Below, one piece after another: positions 38,082 through 48,000 of a stretch of DNA of 64,000 bases. Location: assembly GCA_965370045.1 (NCBI GenBank), contig CBDUSI010000002.1:5207-69206 (forward strand). Reading direction: 5' to 3'. The position numbers were made by a program, and so were the translations under genes. Position 1 is the first letter of the stretch. Each line of letters begins with the position of its first letter. Source of the stretch: an uncultured bacterium. Lineage in GTDB: Bacteria > Planctomycetota > SZUA-567 > JAKLDR01. The notes under the pieces are model-generated. The model was not told the origin of the DNA. It did not search any database and was given only the letters and a program-made list of their open reading frames with translations.

Positions 38082-40598
38082 CTACTTCTTCTTGTCCTTC
38101 TTCCAGAAATAGTACTGCAAGAGGTGGCCGGCGCGCATGTGCATGGCCCGCCGCCGGCTCCACTGCGAGTTGCCCGGCAGGAAGACCGGCGGGCACTTCG
38201 ACTCCGGGGAGGCCTCCAGCCAGTGCTCCACGGCGTCGTCGGCGTAGTCGGCCTTGCCGGACTTCAGGGCCACGTAGGCGTGCAGGTCGGCCATGAAGAG
38301 CGGCGCGTCGAAGAAGTTCTCCGGGAAGTCCTTGTCGCAGCCGGCCTTGAGCAGCTTGAAGAGGTCCTTGTCCCCGGTGTAGTGGTGCAGCAGGCAGAAG
38401 ACGTGGACGGCGTAGCAGTAACGCATGTCGTCGCGGGTGTAGCCCTGCCCGCGGATCTGCTGGCGATCGTGGAGGTGCGGGCCCAGCTTCTTCCGCTTGG
38501 CGGTGACGTTGGTCTTGAACAACTTCAGGGCCTCGTCCAGCCACGTCTTCTTGCCGGTGAGGGCGTGCATCGCGATGTAGGCGTGCATGGCCCAGGCGTT
38601 GGCGGCCATGTTCCCCTGGGGGCCGGCGTAGGGCCGGGTCTTGGCGATGTGCGCCCAGGCGACCTTGAGCCCCTCGGCGTTGCGCTTGCAGGCCTCCAGG
38701 GCCTTGGGCTCGCCGGTAAGCATGTAGTAGAGCGCCACCCCGGCCAGGTAGTTGCTGTGCACCCCCGGCGGGCGGGAGAGCCGGTTGCAGTGGAAGGCGG
38801 GGAAGCCCAGATCCCCGCGCTGCAGCCCGCGGACGTGCGCCGGGTCGCGGTCCGACCAGAGCTGGTCGACGTCTATGCGGTGGCGGGCCATGTTGATGGC
38901 ATTGCGCACGAAGGCCAACTCGCCGGTGCGCATGGCGTTGACCAGCATGATCCAGGTCCAGTCGTGGTGCAGGCCCACCGGCCCGCGGCCCGGCACGTGG
39001 ATGTCCCCGAAGTCCATCCATCCGTACCAGTAGCAGGAGTCGCCGAAGTAGGTGACCGCCGACCAGGGCGAGGACTTGCGGGCCGCGACCAGCCCCGTGG
39101 CGCTGGCCGGGTCGACGGTGCTCCTGGTCATGCGCATCCAGGCGTCGAGCTTGGCGTTGCACTCGTCGTCGCCGGTCTTCACGCCGGGAGGCGCGAAGAG
39201 GCCCGGGGCGGCCTCCGTCCCGGCGTAGTAGGCCGCCGGGGCCAGCGCGAAGAGCGGCCTGGAAAGCTCGGCCCAGCTCTCCTTCGCGTCGCGCCCGGAG
39301 AAGTCCAGGATGATCTCGTGGCCCTTGTGCACCCCGCCGGGCAGCCAGTAGAGCCCGGCTTGGGGCAAGGTTTCCAACTGCTTGTCAAAGAGCCCCGCCC
39401 ACTGGACGTGCCGCTTCCGCGGCCACTGCCCCTCAATGGGCCACAGCCAGAACTTGAGCGTGGCGCCGTCGAGCTCGATGGCCTTCTCATAGTTCTGCCA
39501 GAAGTTCCGAACCGCCGTCGTGAGCTTGCGGTCGCCGGTGGAGATGGCCACCACCCCGTCGGTGCGCTCGCCCTTCTTGATCTGCTTGCCCCCGCCGCTG
39601 ACGGTGTACTCGAAGTCCTTGAGCTGGTATATCTTGTAGGCGTTGTACTTGAGCTTGCGGCCGTCCTTGTTCAGCTTGCAGACCTGGAGGACCTTGAACT
39701 TGCCGCTGGGGGCCGAGCCCTCGCAGCTGGCCTGGGGCTCGCCGTCAAGGCCGAACTCCAGGGCCATGCCGTCGAAGAGCAGCCACTCCATGTTGCCCAG
39801 GGTCTTGCTCTTGCTCTTCTTGTAGTAGCCCATGCCCCCGCCGTTCTCCAGCCAGACGTGGACCTTGGCGAACTTCTGCCCGGCGAAGGCGGAGACGCGC
39901 ACGGTGTAGCCCAGGCGCTCGCCATGCACCCCCGGGAACTTCCCGCGCAGGCAGACCACGGCGCGCAGCGGACCGGCCCGCTCGACCGTGACCTCGGCGG
40001 GTGCCGCGGCGACAACGGGCTTGGGCGGGCCGTACTCGGTGACGGTTACCTTCTTGTAGCGGATGGTCTTCTCGACCTTCTTGGCCTCTCCCGGCGCGTA
40101 GAGCACCAGGCCCTTGCCGGCGGAGGTGACCAACTCCTTGCCGTCGACCTTCACCGACTTGAAGATGCCGGGCTTCTTCTTGTCGATCACCAGCACCATC
40201 GGCCCGGTCGATATCCTGACCTCGCTCGCACCGTCGACCACCTTGACAGGCTTGGCCGGCGCGCGGTTCTTGCCGTCGTCGCGCAGGAGCAGCGTGACTG
40301 TGCCATCGGCGGGGACGGCCACCTGGCAGTCCATCAGCGCCCACCTCACCGAGCCGTCGTCCCAGGGCGCCAGCTTGGTGAACTGCGCGGGCAGCACCTT
40401 GCCGCCGGCCGAAACCGACAGCTTCTTGACGTCCTTGAGCGCGCCCTTGGCGAAGGGCACTCCGCTGGTCACCGCCCCCGCCTTGCGGGCCACCTTGGCG
40501 TCGTCGCTGACGGTGAGCTTGACCTCCAGCGCGGCTGCCGGGCCGGCCAGAAGCGCCGCCAGGCAGACCGCCGGGAACCACGAACGCTGTATTCTCAT
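38082..40598 (-). CDS. Large secreted protein resembling the exo-rhamnogalacturonan lyase (PcRGLX/YetA) family
   Basis: Signal peptide; VTSGVPFAKG, W.DGSVRWAL.D, GPLRAV, YGWMDFGD and ARH.IDVD motifs. Confidence 0.7.
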   Translation of the reverse strand: MRIQRSWFPAVCLAALLAGPAAALEVKLTVSDDAKVARKAGAVTSGVPFAKGALKDVKKLSVSAGGKVLPAQFTKLAPWDDGSVRWALMDCQVAVPADGTVTLLLRDDGKNRAPAKPVKVVDGASEVRISTGPMVLVIDKKKPGIFKSVKVDGKELVTSAGKGLVLYAPGEAKKVEKTIRYKKVTVTEYGPPKPVVAAAPAEVTVERAGPLRAVVCLRGKFPGVHGERLGYTVRVSAFAGQKFAKVHVWLENGGGMGYYKKSKSKTLGNMEWLLFDGMALEFGLDGEPQASCEGSAPSGKFKVLQVCKLNKDGRKLKYNAYKIYQLKDFEYTVSGGGKQIKKGERTDGVVAISTGDRKLTTAVRNFWQNYEKAIELDGATLKFWLWPIEGQWPRKRHVQWAGLFDKQLETLPQAGLYWLPGGVHKGHEIILDFSGRDAKESWAELSRPLFALAPAAYYAGTEAAPGLFAPPGVKTGDDECNAKLDAWMRMTRSTVDPASATGLVAARKSSPWSAVTYFGDSCYWYGWMDFGDIHVPGRGPVGLHHDWTWIMLVNAMRTGELAFVRNAINMARHRIDVDQLWSDRDPAHVRGLQRGDLGFPAFHCNRLSRPPGVHSNYLAGVALYYMLTGEPKALEACKRNAEGLKVAWAHIAKTRPYAGPQGNMAANAWAMHAYIAMHALTGKKTWLDEALKLFKTNVTAKRKKLGPHLHDRQQIRGQGYTRDDMRYCYAVHVFCLLHHYTGDKDLFKLLKAGCDKDFPENFFDAPLFMADLHAYVALKSGKADYADDAVEHWLEASPESKCPPVFLPGNSQWSRRRAMHMRAGHLLQYYFWKKDKKK

Positions 40599-40623
40599 CG
40601 GGTGGGCCTCTCCTCGGTCAACG

Positions 40624-42567
40624 CTACTTCTTCTCTTTCGGAGCAGCGGTCTTGCCACGGCCTTCGATGAAGGTGACGCCCAGTTTCTTGGCCACCTCGG
40701 AGGCCAGCTTGTAGAGCTTCTCGTTCTTCTTCTGCCAGTCGAGGGCCACCTCCTTGACGGAGCCGGACTTGTGGTCCTTTCTGGCCCCGCCGTAGCGGTT
40801 GGCCAGGCGGATGCGTGCGTCGAGGTGGGTGCGGATGCGCTTGGCCAGGTCCTCGCCGAGCTTGGCGCGGTGCTCCGGCATTTCAATGGCCTTCTCAACG
40901 AAGACCCGGACCTCCACGTCCTGGTTGCCCTCCCGGAAGGCCTCGGAGCGCACCGTGGGCAGCGGTCCGTTCTTGCCCTTGCCGAGAATGTAGGGGATGC
41001 AGTAGTTGAGGTTGAGCTGCCCCCAGTAGCTCTCCGGGTAGCGGCCGGCCAGGGTGGAGCGCAGCCGGCCCCGAGCGTCCTTCAGCACTCTCCAGAAGTC
41101 CCCGCCGATGCGGCCCAGGCCGCAGGCGTAGCGCCGCTTGCGCTTGTGCTTGAGCTCGAAGGTGGAAAAGGCCCCCATCCACATCTCCATCTTGTAGCGC
41201 TGCTCGGCGAGCGAGGAGTGCATGTTGAACTCGCGGGGGTAGTACATCAGCCAGCGGTCGGCCTTCCAGCCGAACCCGTGGCCCTGCTGGGGGTCGCAGA
41301 TGTTGAGGTGAATGCCCCACAGGGCGATGCCCATTCCAATGTTGTAGCCCTGCCAGCTGGCGGCGTAGTGGTGAGAGTGCACCGCCCAATTGGCGTTCTT
41401 GACCCCGTTGGTGATGTCGTCCATGGCCATCTTGGTGGGCCGGGCGTCGCCGATGAGCCCGAAGAGCATGGACTTCTCCATCCCGTGCTTCTTGAGAACG
41501 GGCTGCACGCCGTCGGTGAACTTCTTCCAGAACTTCTTGGACTCCGGCGTGCCCCAGGCAGGTCCGGTGCGCTTCTTGAGCTTGCTGGTCTTGGGATCCC
41601 ACAGGGTGTACTTGACGGGTCGGTCGCTGGTGCGGGCGGCGCCGCCGGTGCCGCTGGCGTGGCCCATGGAGGAAACCGGCTCCCAGCAGTAGAAGACCAC
41701 GCCGGGGACCTTGCCGAGGTGCCTGGTGGCCACGGCCAGGTACTTCTCGACGTTGTCGAAGTTGGGCTGGAGCTCGCCCTTCTTGTCCTTGAACCAGCGA
41801 ACCGTCGCGTGCTCGTTGCCGAAGTGAGTCCGGCGCACGGCCGAGATGTAGAGGGTCTTCTGGCCCATCTCCCCCAGTATCGCGAAGGTCTTGTCCAGCA
41901 GCGCCAGGTGCTTCTTGCTCCACATCTTAACGCCGTAGGCCAAGGCCACCGACTCCGGCGACTGGACGATGTCCAGATGCCCATGGTACTTGACGGGGTC
42001 GGGCAGCGTGTAGTCCACGACCTTGAGATTAACGGTCACCGCCACCGGACCGGCGCCCGCGGCGCTGATGGTCACCTTCCCGGAGTAGTCGCCGGCCTTG
42101 GCGTCCTTGGGCACCTTCACCCTTATCCAGACGGGCTGGATCACCTGGCCCGCCTTGTTCGTGCGCTTGACCTCCTTGGGCGCCACCTCCTCCAGCGAGT
42201 CGAAGGAGAAGCCCTTCGGGCCGCCCCGTCGCCGGCTCGGCGCCCCGTCACAGACGCCATAGCGGATCTGGACGGCCTTGGCCGGGATGGTCCCGGGGCC
42301 CGTGAGGTCCGTGGGGACTACCTTGATCTCATTGATGGGCCCGTCGTTCAGCACCACCACCTGCCCGGCGAAGATGCCGTTGCGGACCCCAATCAACTTG
42401 ACTGGTCCCAGGGACTTGTCCGGGGCCTTGTACTCTTCTATGGCTATCTTCTTCATGATGGTGTGGTTGCGGACCTCGAACCCGCCGGCCAGCGTCGGGG
42501 AGGCGCAGGCCGAAAGCAGGGCCGCCGCGGCAGTGGCGGCGAAGAGACTCAACCGAGGAGTGCGCAT
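40624..42567 (-). CDS. Secreted glycoside-hydrolase-like protein (DUF4091/DUF6067/GH123-like)
   Basis: Signal peptide; QPVWIRVKVPKDAKAGDYSGKVTI...L.V.DYTLP; C-terminal P.PTVR.E..REG.QD.E. Confidence 0.6.
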   Translation of the reverse strand: MRTPRLSLFAATAAAALLSACASPTLAGGFEVRNHTIMKKIAIEEYKAPDKSLGPVKLIGVRNGIFAGQVVVLNDGPINEIKVVPTDLTGPGTIPAKAVQIRYGVCDGAPSRRRGGPKGFSFDSLEEVAPKEVKRTNKAGQVIQPVWIRVKVPKDAKAGDYSGKVTISAAGAGPVAVTVNLKVVDYTLPDPVKYHGHLDIVQSPESVALAYGVKMWSKKHLALLDKTFAILGEMGQKTLYISAVRRTHFGNEHATVRWFKDKKGELQPNFDNVEKYLAVATRHLGKVPGVVFYCWEPVSSMGHASGTGGAARTSDRPVKYTLWDPKTSKLKKRTGPAWGTPESKKFWKKFTDGVQPVLKKHGMEKSMLFGLIGDARPTKMAMDDITNGVKNANWAVHSHHYAASWQGYNIGMGIALWGIHLNICDPQQGHGFGWKADRWLMYYPREFNMHSSLAEQRYKMEMWMGAFSTFELKHKRKRRYACGLGRIGGDFWRVLKDARGRLRSTLAGRYPESYWGQLNLNYCIPYILGKGKNGPLPTVRSEAFREGNQDVEVRVFVEKAIEMPEHRAKLGEDLAKRIRTHLDARIRLANRYGGARKDHKSGSVKEVALDWQKKNEKLYKLASEVAKKLGVTFIEGRGKTAAPKEKK

Positions 42568-42909
42568 GTGGATCCCTCCTGAATCCGGTGTTCCGGTCAC
42601 GGCTGTTTCGTCCGGGCAGTGTTCAGCCTCCAGCTGCGGGCCACCTCGGGGCGCAGCTGAAAGAGGCCCCTCGTCGCGCTCACGCCAACAACAACCCCCT
42701 GACCGGGGCGGGCCCCCGATCCGTGAGCACAACAGTCAAGTCTTGGGCCACTCAGACAACCTGGGCCGCGGCGCACCCGGGCTGGCGCTGTGCCGCAACC
42801 CGGACGCCTTTCCATATGCATGCATACACCTCAGGAACCGGGTTGTCCAGAGAAAAGGTACCTGCGGTCTCGAAGACGTCTTGCAGCGCGGTTTCCGGAC
42901 GCGGGCCGG

Positions 42910-45039
42910 TTATCTGAGCGCGGGGTCTCCGAGCAGGTTGAAGCTGCGCAGCACGTCGGAGTGGGCGGCCGGCAGGCGTCGCTTGGCGAGCATCAGCGCG
43001 CGGCCCAGGGAGACCTTGCGGTCCTCCTTGATTATCTTCGCGATCTCCCGGCCGAGGATAAGCTGGCCTTCGGGGGCGCTCATCCCCGAGGGGGCCACCA
43101 GGGCGCACACTCCCTTGCCCGGCTCCTTGATCAGCCGCTCGGCCAGAGAGTCGTTGCCGAAAGTGAAATTGAAGTAGCCCGCCAGGCAGCCCAGGATCAC
43201 GCCGGCGGGCAGTTCTTCGGCGTCCAGCGCGGGCACGTCCGCGGCGCGGAGCTCCTTGCCCTTGCCCAGGTAGCCCGTGGACGCGTGACCGTAGAAGACG
43301 AAATAACGCGGCTTCTTCTTCCAGCCGGCGATGATCTCCGCGCGGACGTCGGCGCTGTTGCCGTGGTCCGAGAAGAGCACCAGGTCGGTCCCGCCCCAGG
43401 AGAAGAGCCCGGCGATCTCCCGGGCGCCCTCCTCGAAGAGGGCCATGTCGTCGTCGCCGACCACCAGCGCGGCCTGCGAGCCGCCGTACTGGTCGGCGAC
43501 CGCCAGTCGCGCGGCAACCTTGTCGACCATGGCCCCGGCCTCCGCGGCGGTGCGCGCCGGCAGCCGGCCCACGGCCACCTCGGGGTACTCGTCGCCGCCG
43601 CTGACGCAGCCGAAGAGGTTGTCGCTGGCCTCCTCGAAGTGCGGGCCCTGGGCCAGGAAGCTGGGCAGCAGGCCCGCGCCCGGGGCTCCCAGCCGGCCGC
43701 GCATGTCCGCGCTGGCGTCGCCCACCAGGCAGAGGTACTGGGGACCGTGATGACGGACCAGCGCGCGAATGGCCTCGGGAATCGCCTGGCCGCAGCCGAA
43801 GGCGTCGTAAACGTCCTCAGCCGCGTACAACCTGACTCGGCCGCGCCGGCCGCCGTGCAGCGCCACCAGTCGGCCGGCGGCTTGCATGTAATCGGCGTGG
43901 CTGACCACCAGATAGCGATGCCCGCCGGTCAGCCGCGCGTCCCAGGGGTCGGCGGCGCGCTGGGAACTGGCCGCCAGCCGCCCGCCAGGCCCGGCCAGCG
44001 CGTAGCTGCGTCGTCCGGCGGCGTTCGTGACCCACGAGGCGACCCAGGAGCCCTTCACCTGCCTGACGTCGAGCGCCAGGAGTTGGGGGCGTGCCGGGTC
44101 AGTGACGTCCAGGCCCGTTACGTCCGGCCCGCTGAAGCCGCCGACGGCCACGCGTTGACTTGCGCCGGCGGAGATCGTCGCGTTCAGGCGGTCGCCGACC
44201 GCGACCAGCTTGCGCGGGTAGCTGACCTCCACCCAGTCGGCGCATACGAAGTCGAAAGCGACGCCGGGGAGCGCCTGGCCCGTGAGTTTGACGCTGTTGG
44301 CGCCCTCGACGGCCAGGCCCGCGGGCACCTCGAAGCTCTGCTCCCGGCGGGCGTTGCCCTCCCAGATCATGGTGCCCACCAGTTGGCCGTTGAAGCGCAC
44401 CTCCACGCTGTGATCCGGGTTCACGCCGATGACGTTGAAGGCGCCGCGCAGCGCGACCTTGACGCGCACCGGCCCGGAAGCCAGCGGCCCGGCAAGATCG
44501 GCGGTCAGCTCCAGCGAACGGCCGGGCATCAGGAACGTGGAGTAGAACCAGTGCTCCTCGCCGGGCAGCGCGCCGGTCATGCCGCTCATGTAGAACTGGT
44601 CTTCCTCGACGTGCACGGTCCGGACGTAGCTGGTCGGCCCGTCGGTGACCTTCTTCCCGCCCTTGCCACGGCGCCGGAAGCGGCTGTAACGGCCGAAGCC
44701 CTCGCCGCTGCGGTCCGCGCGCAGCGGCAGGCTCTTGCCCGCGTAGGGCAGCGCCCGGTCCGAGACCAGCAGGGCGCGCTCGGCGGCGTAGAGACCCTCG
44801 TAAGGCGCGGAGTAGACCTCGATGCCGGCTTTGGTGCGCACGTAGTCGATGCCCCGCCCGTCGGTGTACACATAGACCCGCCCGCGGCTCAGGCCCCAGG
44901 AGGCCAACTCCGCGTTGCTGAGACGCAGCACGCCCTCGCCGGGGGTGGAGAGGCGGCGCACGGCGCGCGTTCCCGCGCGGGCCGGGGCGCCGCTCGCGAC
45001 CAGCAGCGCGGCCGAGAGGGCGATGAGCAACCGTTTCAT
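42910..45039 (-). CDS. C25 (gingipain) family cysteine peptidase
   Basis: Signal peptide; DVYDAF..G, YLCLVGDA, SDNLF and AVGRLP motifs; catalytic FYGH and GC; C-terminal NLLGDPAL. Confidence 0.88.
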   Translation of the reverse strand: MKRLLIALSAALLVASGAPARAGTRAVRRLSTPGEGVLRLSNAELASWGLSRGRVYVYTDGRGIDYVRTKAGIEVYSAPYEGLYAAERALLVSDRALPYAGKSLPLRADRSGEGFGRYSRFRRRGKGGKKVTDGPTSYVRTVHVEEDQFYMSGMTGALPGEEHWFYSTFLMPGRSLELTADLAGPLASGPVRVKVALRGAFNVIGVNPDHSVEVRFNGQLVGTMIWEGNARREQSFEVPAGLAVEGANSVKLTGQALPGVAFDFVCADWVEVSYPRKLVAVGDRLNATISAGASQRVAVGGFSGPDVTGLDVTDPARPQLLALDVRQVKGSWVASWVTNAAGRRSYALAGPGGRLAASSQRAADPWDARLTGGHRYLVVSHADYMQAAGRLVALHGGRRGRVRLYAAEDVYDAFGCGQAIPEAIRALVRHHGPQYLCLVGDASADMRGRLGAPGAGLLPSFLAQGPHFEEASDNLFGCVSGGDEYPEVAVGRLPARTAAEAGAMVDKVAARLAVADQYGGSQAALVVGDDDMALFEEGAREIAGLFSWGGTDLVLFSDHGNSADVRAEIIAGWKKKPRYFVFYGHASTGYLGKGKELRAADVPALDAEELPAGVILGCLAGYFNFTFGNDSLAERLIKEPGKGVCALVAPSGMSAPEGQLILGREIAKIIKEDRKVSLGRALMLAKRRLPAAHSDVLRSFNLLGDPALR

Positions 45040-48000
45040 CGCTTGGCCTCCTCGACCCGGGCGCGGCGGCCGGGCCGCCCGCTGCCTTCCACTTCCTCGA
45101 TCAGGTACTCGTGCGTTCCCGGAGGCGGCTTATCGCGATGGCGGTAGCGCCGCTGGCCGGGCTCCCCGCCGGGGACGCCGACCGCGGTCCTGGCCACCTC
45201 GCGCCAGGCTCCTGTGAACTTCTCGAAGCGCGCGCCGCGCGGAGTCTTGCCGGTGGCTTCCTCCTCGATCAGGCCGCCGCAGCGTTCGACCTTGCGGCGC
45301 AGCACGCGGTAGCCGGCGGTGCCCCGCTCGCTCGCGGCGCTCCAGGTCACCAGCGCGGCGCGGCCAGTCCGCCGGACGCGGGCCTCCAGGCCCTCGGCCG
45401 CGCTCGGGCCCCAAAGTACGTCGCCGGAAGTATCCGCATCCGAGCCCTCTCCCGAGAGCCAGCCAGCACCGGAGGCGTAGCCGGTCAGCGTGACCGTGGT
45501 CCCCCCCCCCATGTCGATCTCGACTGTGTTGGTGCCGCCGGCATCCGCGAACCCCAGGCCCACGAACTCGTACCCATCCCAGGCTGCGCCCGTAACGTGC
45601 AGATACATCGAACTCGAGTCGTAGAAGACTACGTTCTCGAAGATCGTGGTGGTGGCGTTCGCCGACAGGGTCAGCCCGGCCGCGCCCAGGTCGTAGAAAC
45701 GCGCGTATGTCACGTCCACATTGCCGGCCAGGCCCATGTTGTATGTGCCGCTGATGGCTTCGACCGTGGCGTAGCCGCCGGCCTGCTGGCTGGTCCCCGA
45801 GACTGTGAAGGTGCTGCCCGTGTTGCCCGTGAAGCTCGTGCCGTTGGCCATGCGCAGCGTGCCGTTGGCCGCGACCGTCAGATTGCCGTTGAGCGTGGAG
45901 TTGGCCCCGAGGATGAGTATCGCTGTCGAGCCCACCGTCACGCTCTTGCCGGCCGGCACGGTTATCCCGCTGGACAGCGTGGCCTGACCGCCGGTCATGT
46001 TGATGCCGCCGTTGAGCGTCACGGTGCCGGCCACCTGGAGGTTACCGCTGGCTCCAACGCCCAGCGTGCCGCCGGAGTCGACCGTCAGGGCGTCGAGGTT
46101 GTTGGTGGCCACGGTCACGTTGGGCGCATTGGCGTACAGGGCGGAAGACGGGACCTGGACGTCCTGGCTGGTGGCGGGAAGGATCTCCGGCGCCCAGTTG
46201 GCCGTGGTGCCCCAGGCTCCGCTGGAGGATCCGTCCCAGATGTGCACGTTGTAGGCGAAGGCGTAGATGCTGTAGGTGATGCCCGAGGGCGAGCCTCCGT
46301 CGGTCACCCGGAAGCGGTACTGCTTGCCGGCGGCGTTGGAGTCCGGCTGGATGCAGAACCACAGCTCGGTGTAGTCGTTGTTGTTGTTGATGGCGTACTG
46401 CGCACCGCTGGAGTCGTCGGAGAACTCTCCAGCAACGGCGGTGCCGCCGACCACGCCCGCCTGGCCGAATTCTCCGGTGGCCACGGCCCCCTCGTTGGTC
46501 TTGCTCACGTTGGTGGGGCTGATCGTTTTCCATTTGGAGGTTGCCCCGGTGATAGTGGTCCAGGAGCCCGGAGTGTAGACGAAGGGGGACTCCTGGTACT
46601 GGATCTGCCAGTCGTAGTCGGAGGTGGAGCCGCTCTGATGGTCGATCTGGATGCTCAGGATGTACTTGGTGCCCGGAGTGAAGTGAAAGTTGGTGTCGTC
46701 GCCCTGCCAGGTGGGCGCGGCGCCGTTGTCCAGGCCCCACTCGTAGCCGCTCTGAGCGTCGGCCGGGGAGGCCACGGTGAGCTGGATGGTCTGGCTGTAG
46801 GTGTCGAGGTTCCCCACCTTGGCTCCGGCGGCGTTCACCTCGATGATCCGGATGTAGTAGGTGCCATTGACCGAAGCCTGTACCGCGAAGTCCTCCTCGT
46901 AGATGGTGTCCGCCGCGAAGCTCTCGGAGGCCTGGGCGTCGTCCTTCTCGTGCCAGTAGCCGTAGGAGGCCGCCGGCGGCTCCAGCAGCTTGGTGCCGGT
47001 CACGGCGGTCGCGTCGGCGTGGTCGGCGTCGTCCCACATGCGCAGGTTGCCGGCGCCCTCGACCATCACGCTCGCGCCGGTGAAGCTGGGGTTGTCGGCG
47101 AACTCCAGGCCCAGGCGGTGACCGTTCCATGCGCCGTTGTTGCTCCTGACCCCCACGCGCAGGTGGAGCTGCGCCCCGGTGGCCGCGGAGATCGAGGCGT
47201 TCTTGCTGCCCATGGCCGCGTCGCTGGCGTCGGCCCAGCGGTAGGAGACCTGCTCCTGCGAAGACTGGGACGTGATCGCGTAAGTGGTGTAGCTGATACC
47301 GTAGGTCGAACCGCTGTTGGTGATCCGGAAGCGGTACTTGAAGCCCGCCGCCGAGGCCTGGGGGGTCACCGCGAACCAGTATTCGGCGTAGACCGGGTTG
47401 CCGCTAAGGACGTGCGTGGCGCCGTTGGAGTCGCTGGAGAACTCCCCGTTCACGGCAGTGCCCCCCGGCGAGGACATGGAGAAGTGGTTGGCGGCCTCCA
47501 CGGTGCCTTCATTGGCGATATCGACGAAGGCTGGCGTGGAGTCGATCTGCCAGTCCGTCGAGCCGGTGGTCACCGAGGTCCACGGGCCGGGCGTGCCGTC
47601 GGGGTCCTTCTGGTACTGTATCACCCAGTCGTAGTCCGAGTCCGAGGCCGAGGTGTTCTTGACCTGGACCGCCAGGATGTAGGTGTTACTGGTCGTGAAG
47701 TTCAGCGCGGTGTTCTCGCCCCCCCAGACCAGGTTCTCACCCAGAACCGCGGCGTCCGGCGCCCAGTTGTAGGCGGTCTGGTCGTCGGCGGGGTCGACGG
47801 CCTCGACTTGGATGGTCTGCTGGTAATCGTCCAGTGTGCCCACCAGCGCGCCCGCGGCGTTCACCTCCACCACTCGCAGGTAGTAGGTACCCGCCGTGGT
47901 GCAGCGGACGGTGAAGTCCTCCTCGTAGACCAAGTCGGCGGTCTTGGTTTCCGCGGAGGTAACGTTGCTCTCGTGGTATTCGCCGTCGGACGGGCTGCCG

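Noticed and set aside
42601-42628. Hammerhead-like hairpin on the minus strand (ggctgaacactgcccggacgaaacagcc)
   Set aside because: The core reads CTGAACA rather than CTGANGA, and the three-stem architecture cannot be built.
38124-45147. Long plus-strand ORFs (848, 822 and 785 aa)
   Set aside because: Shadows of the minus-strand secreted proteins and the C25 peptidase.
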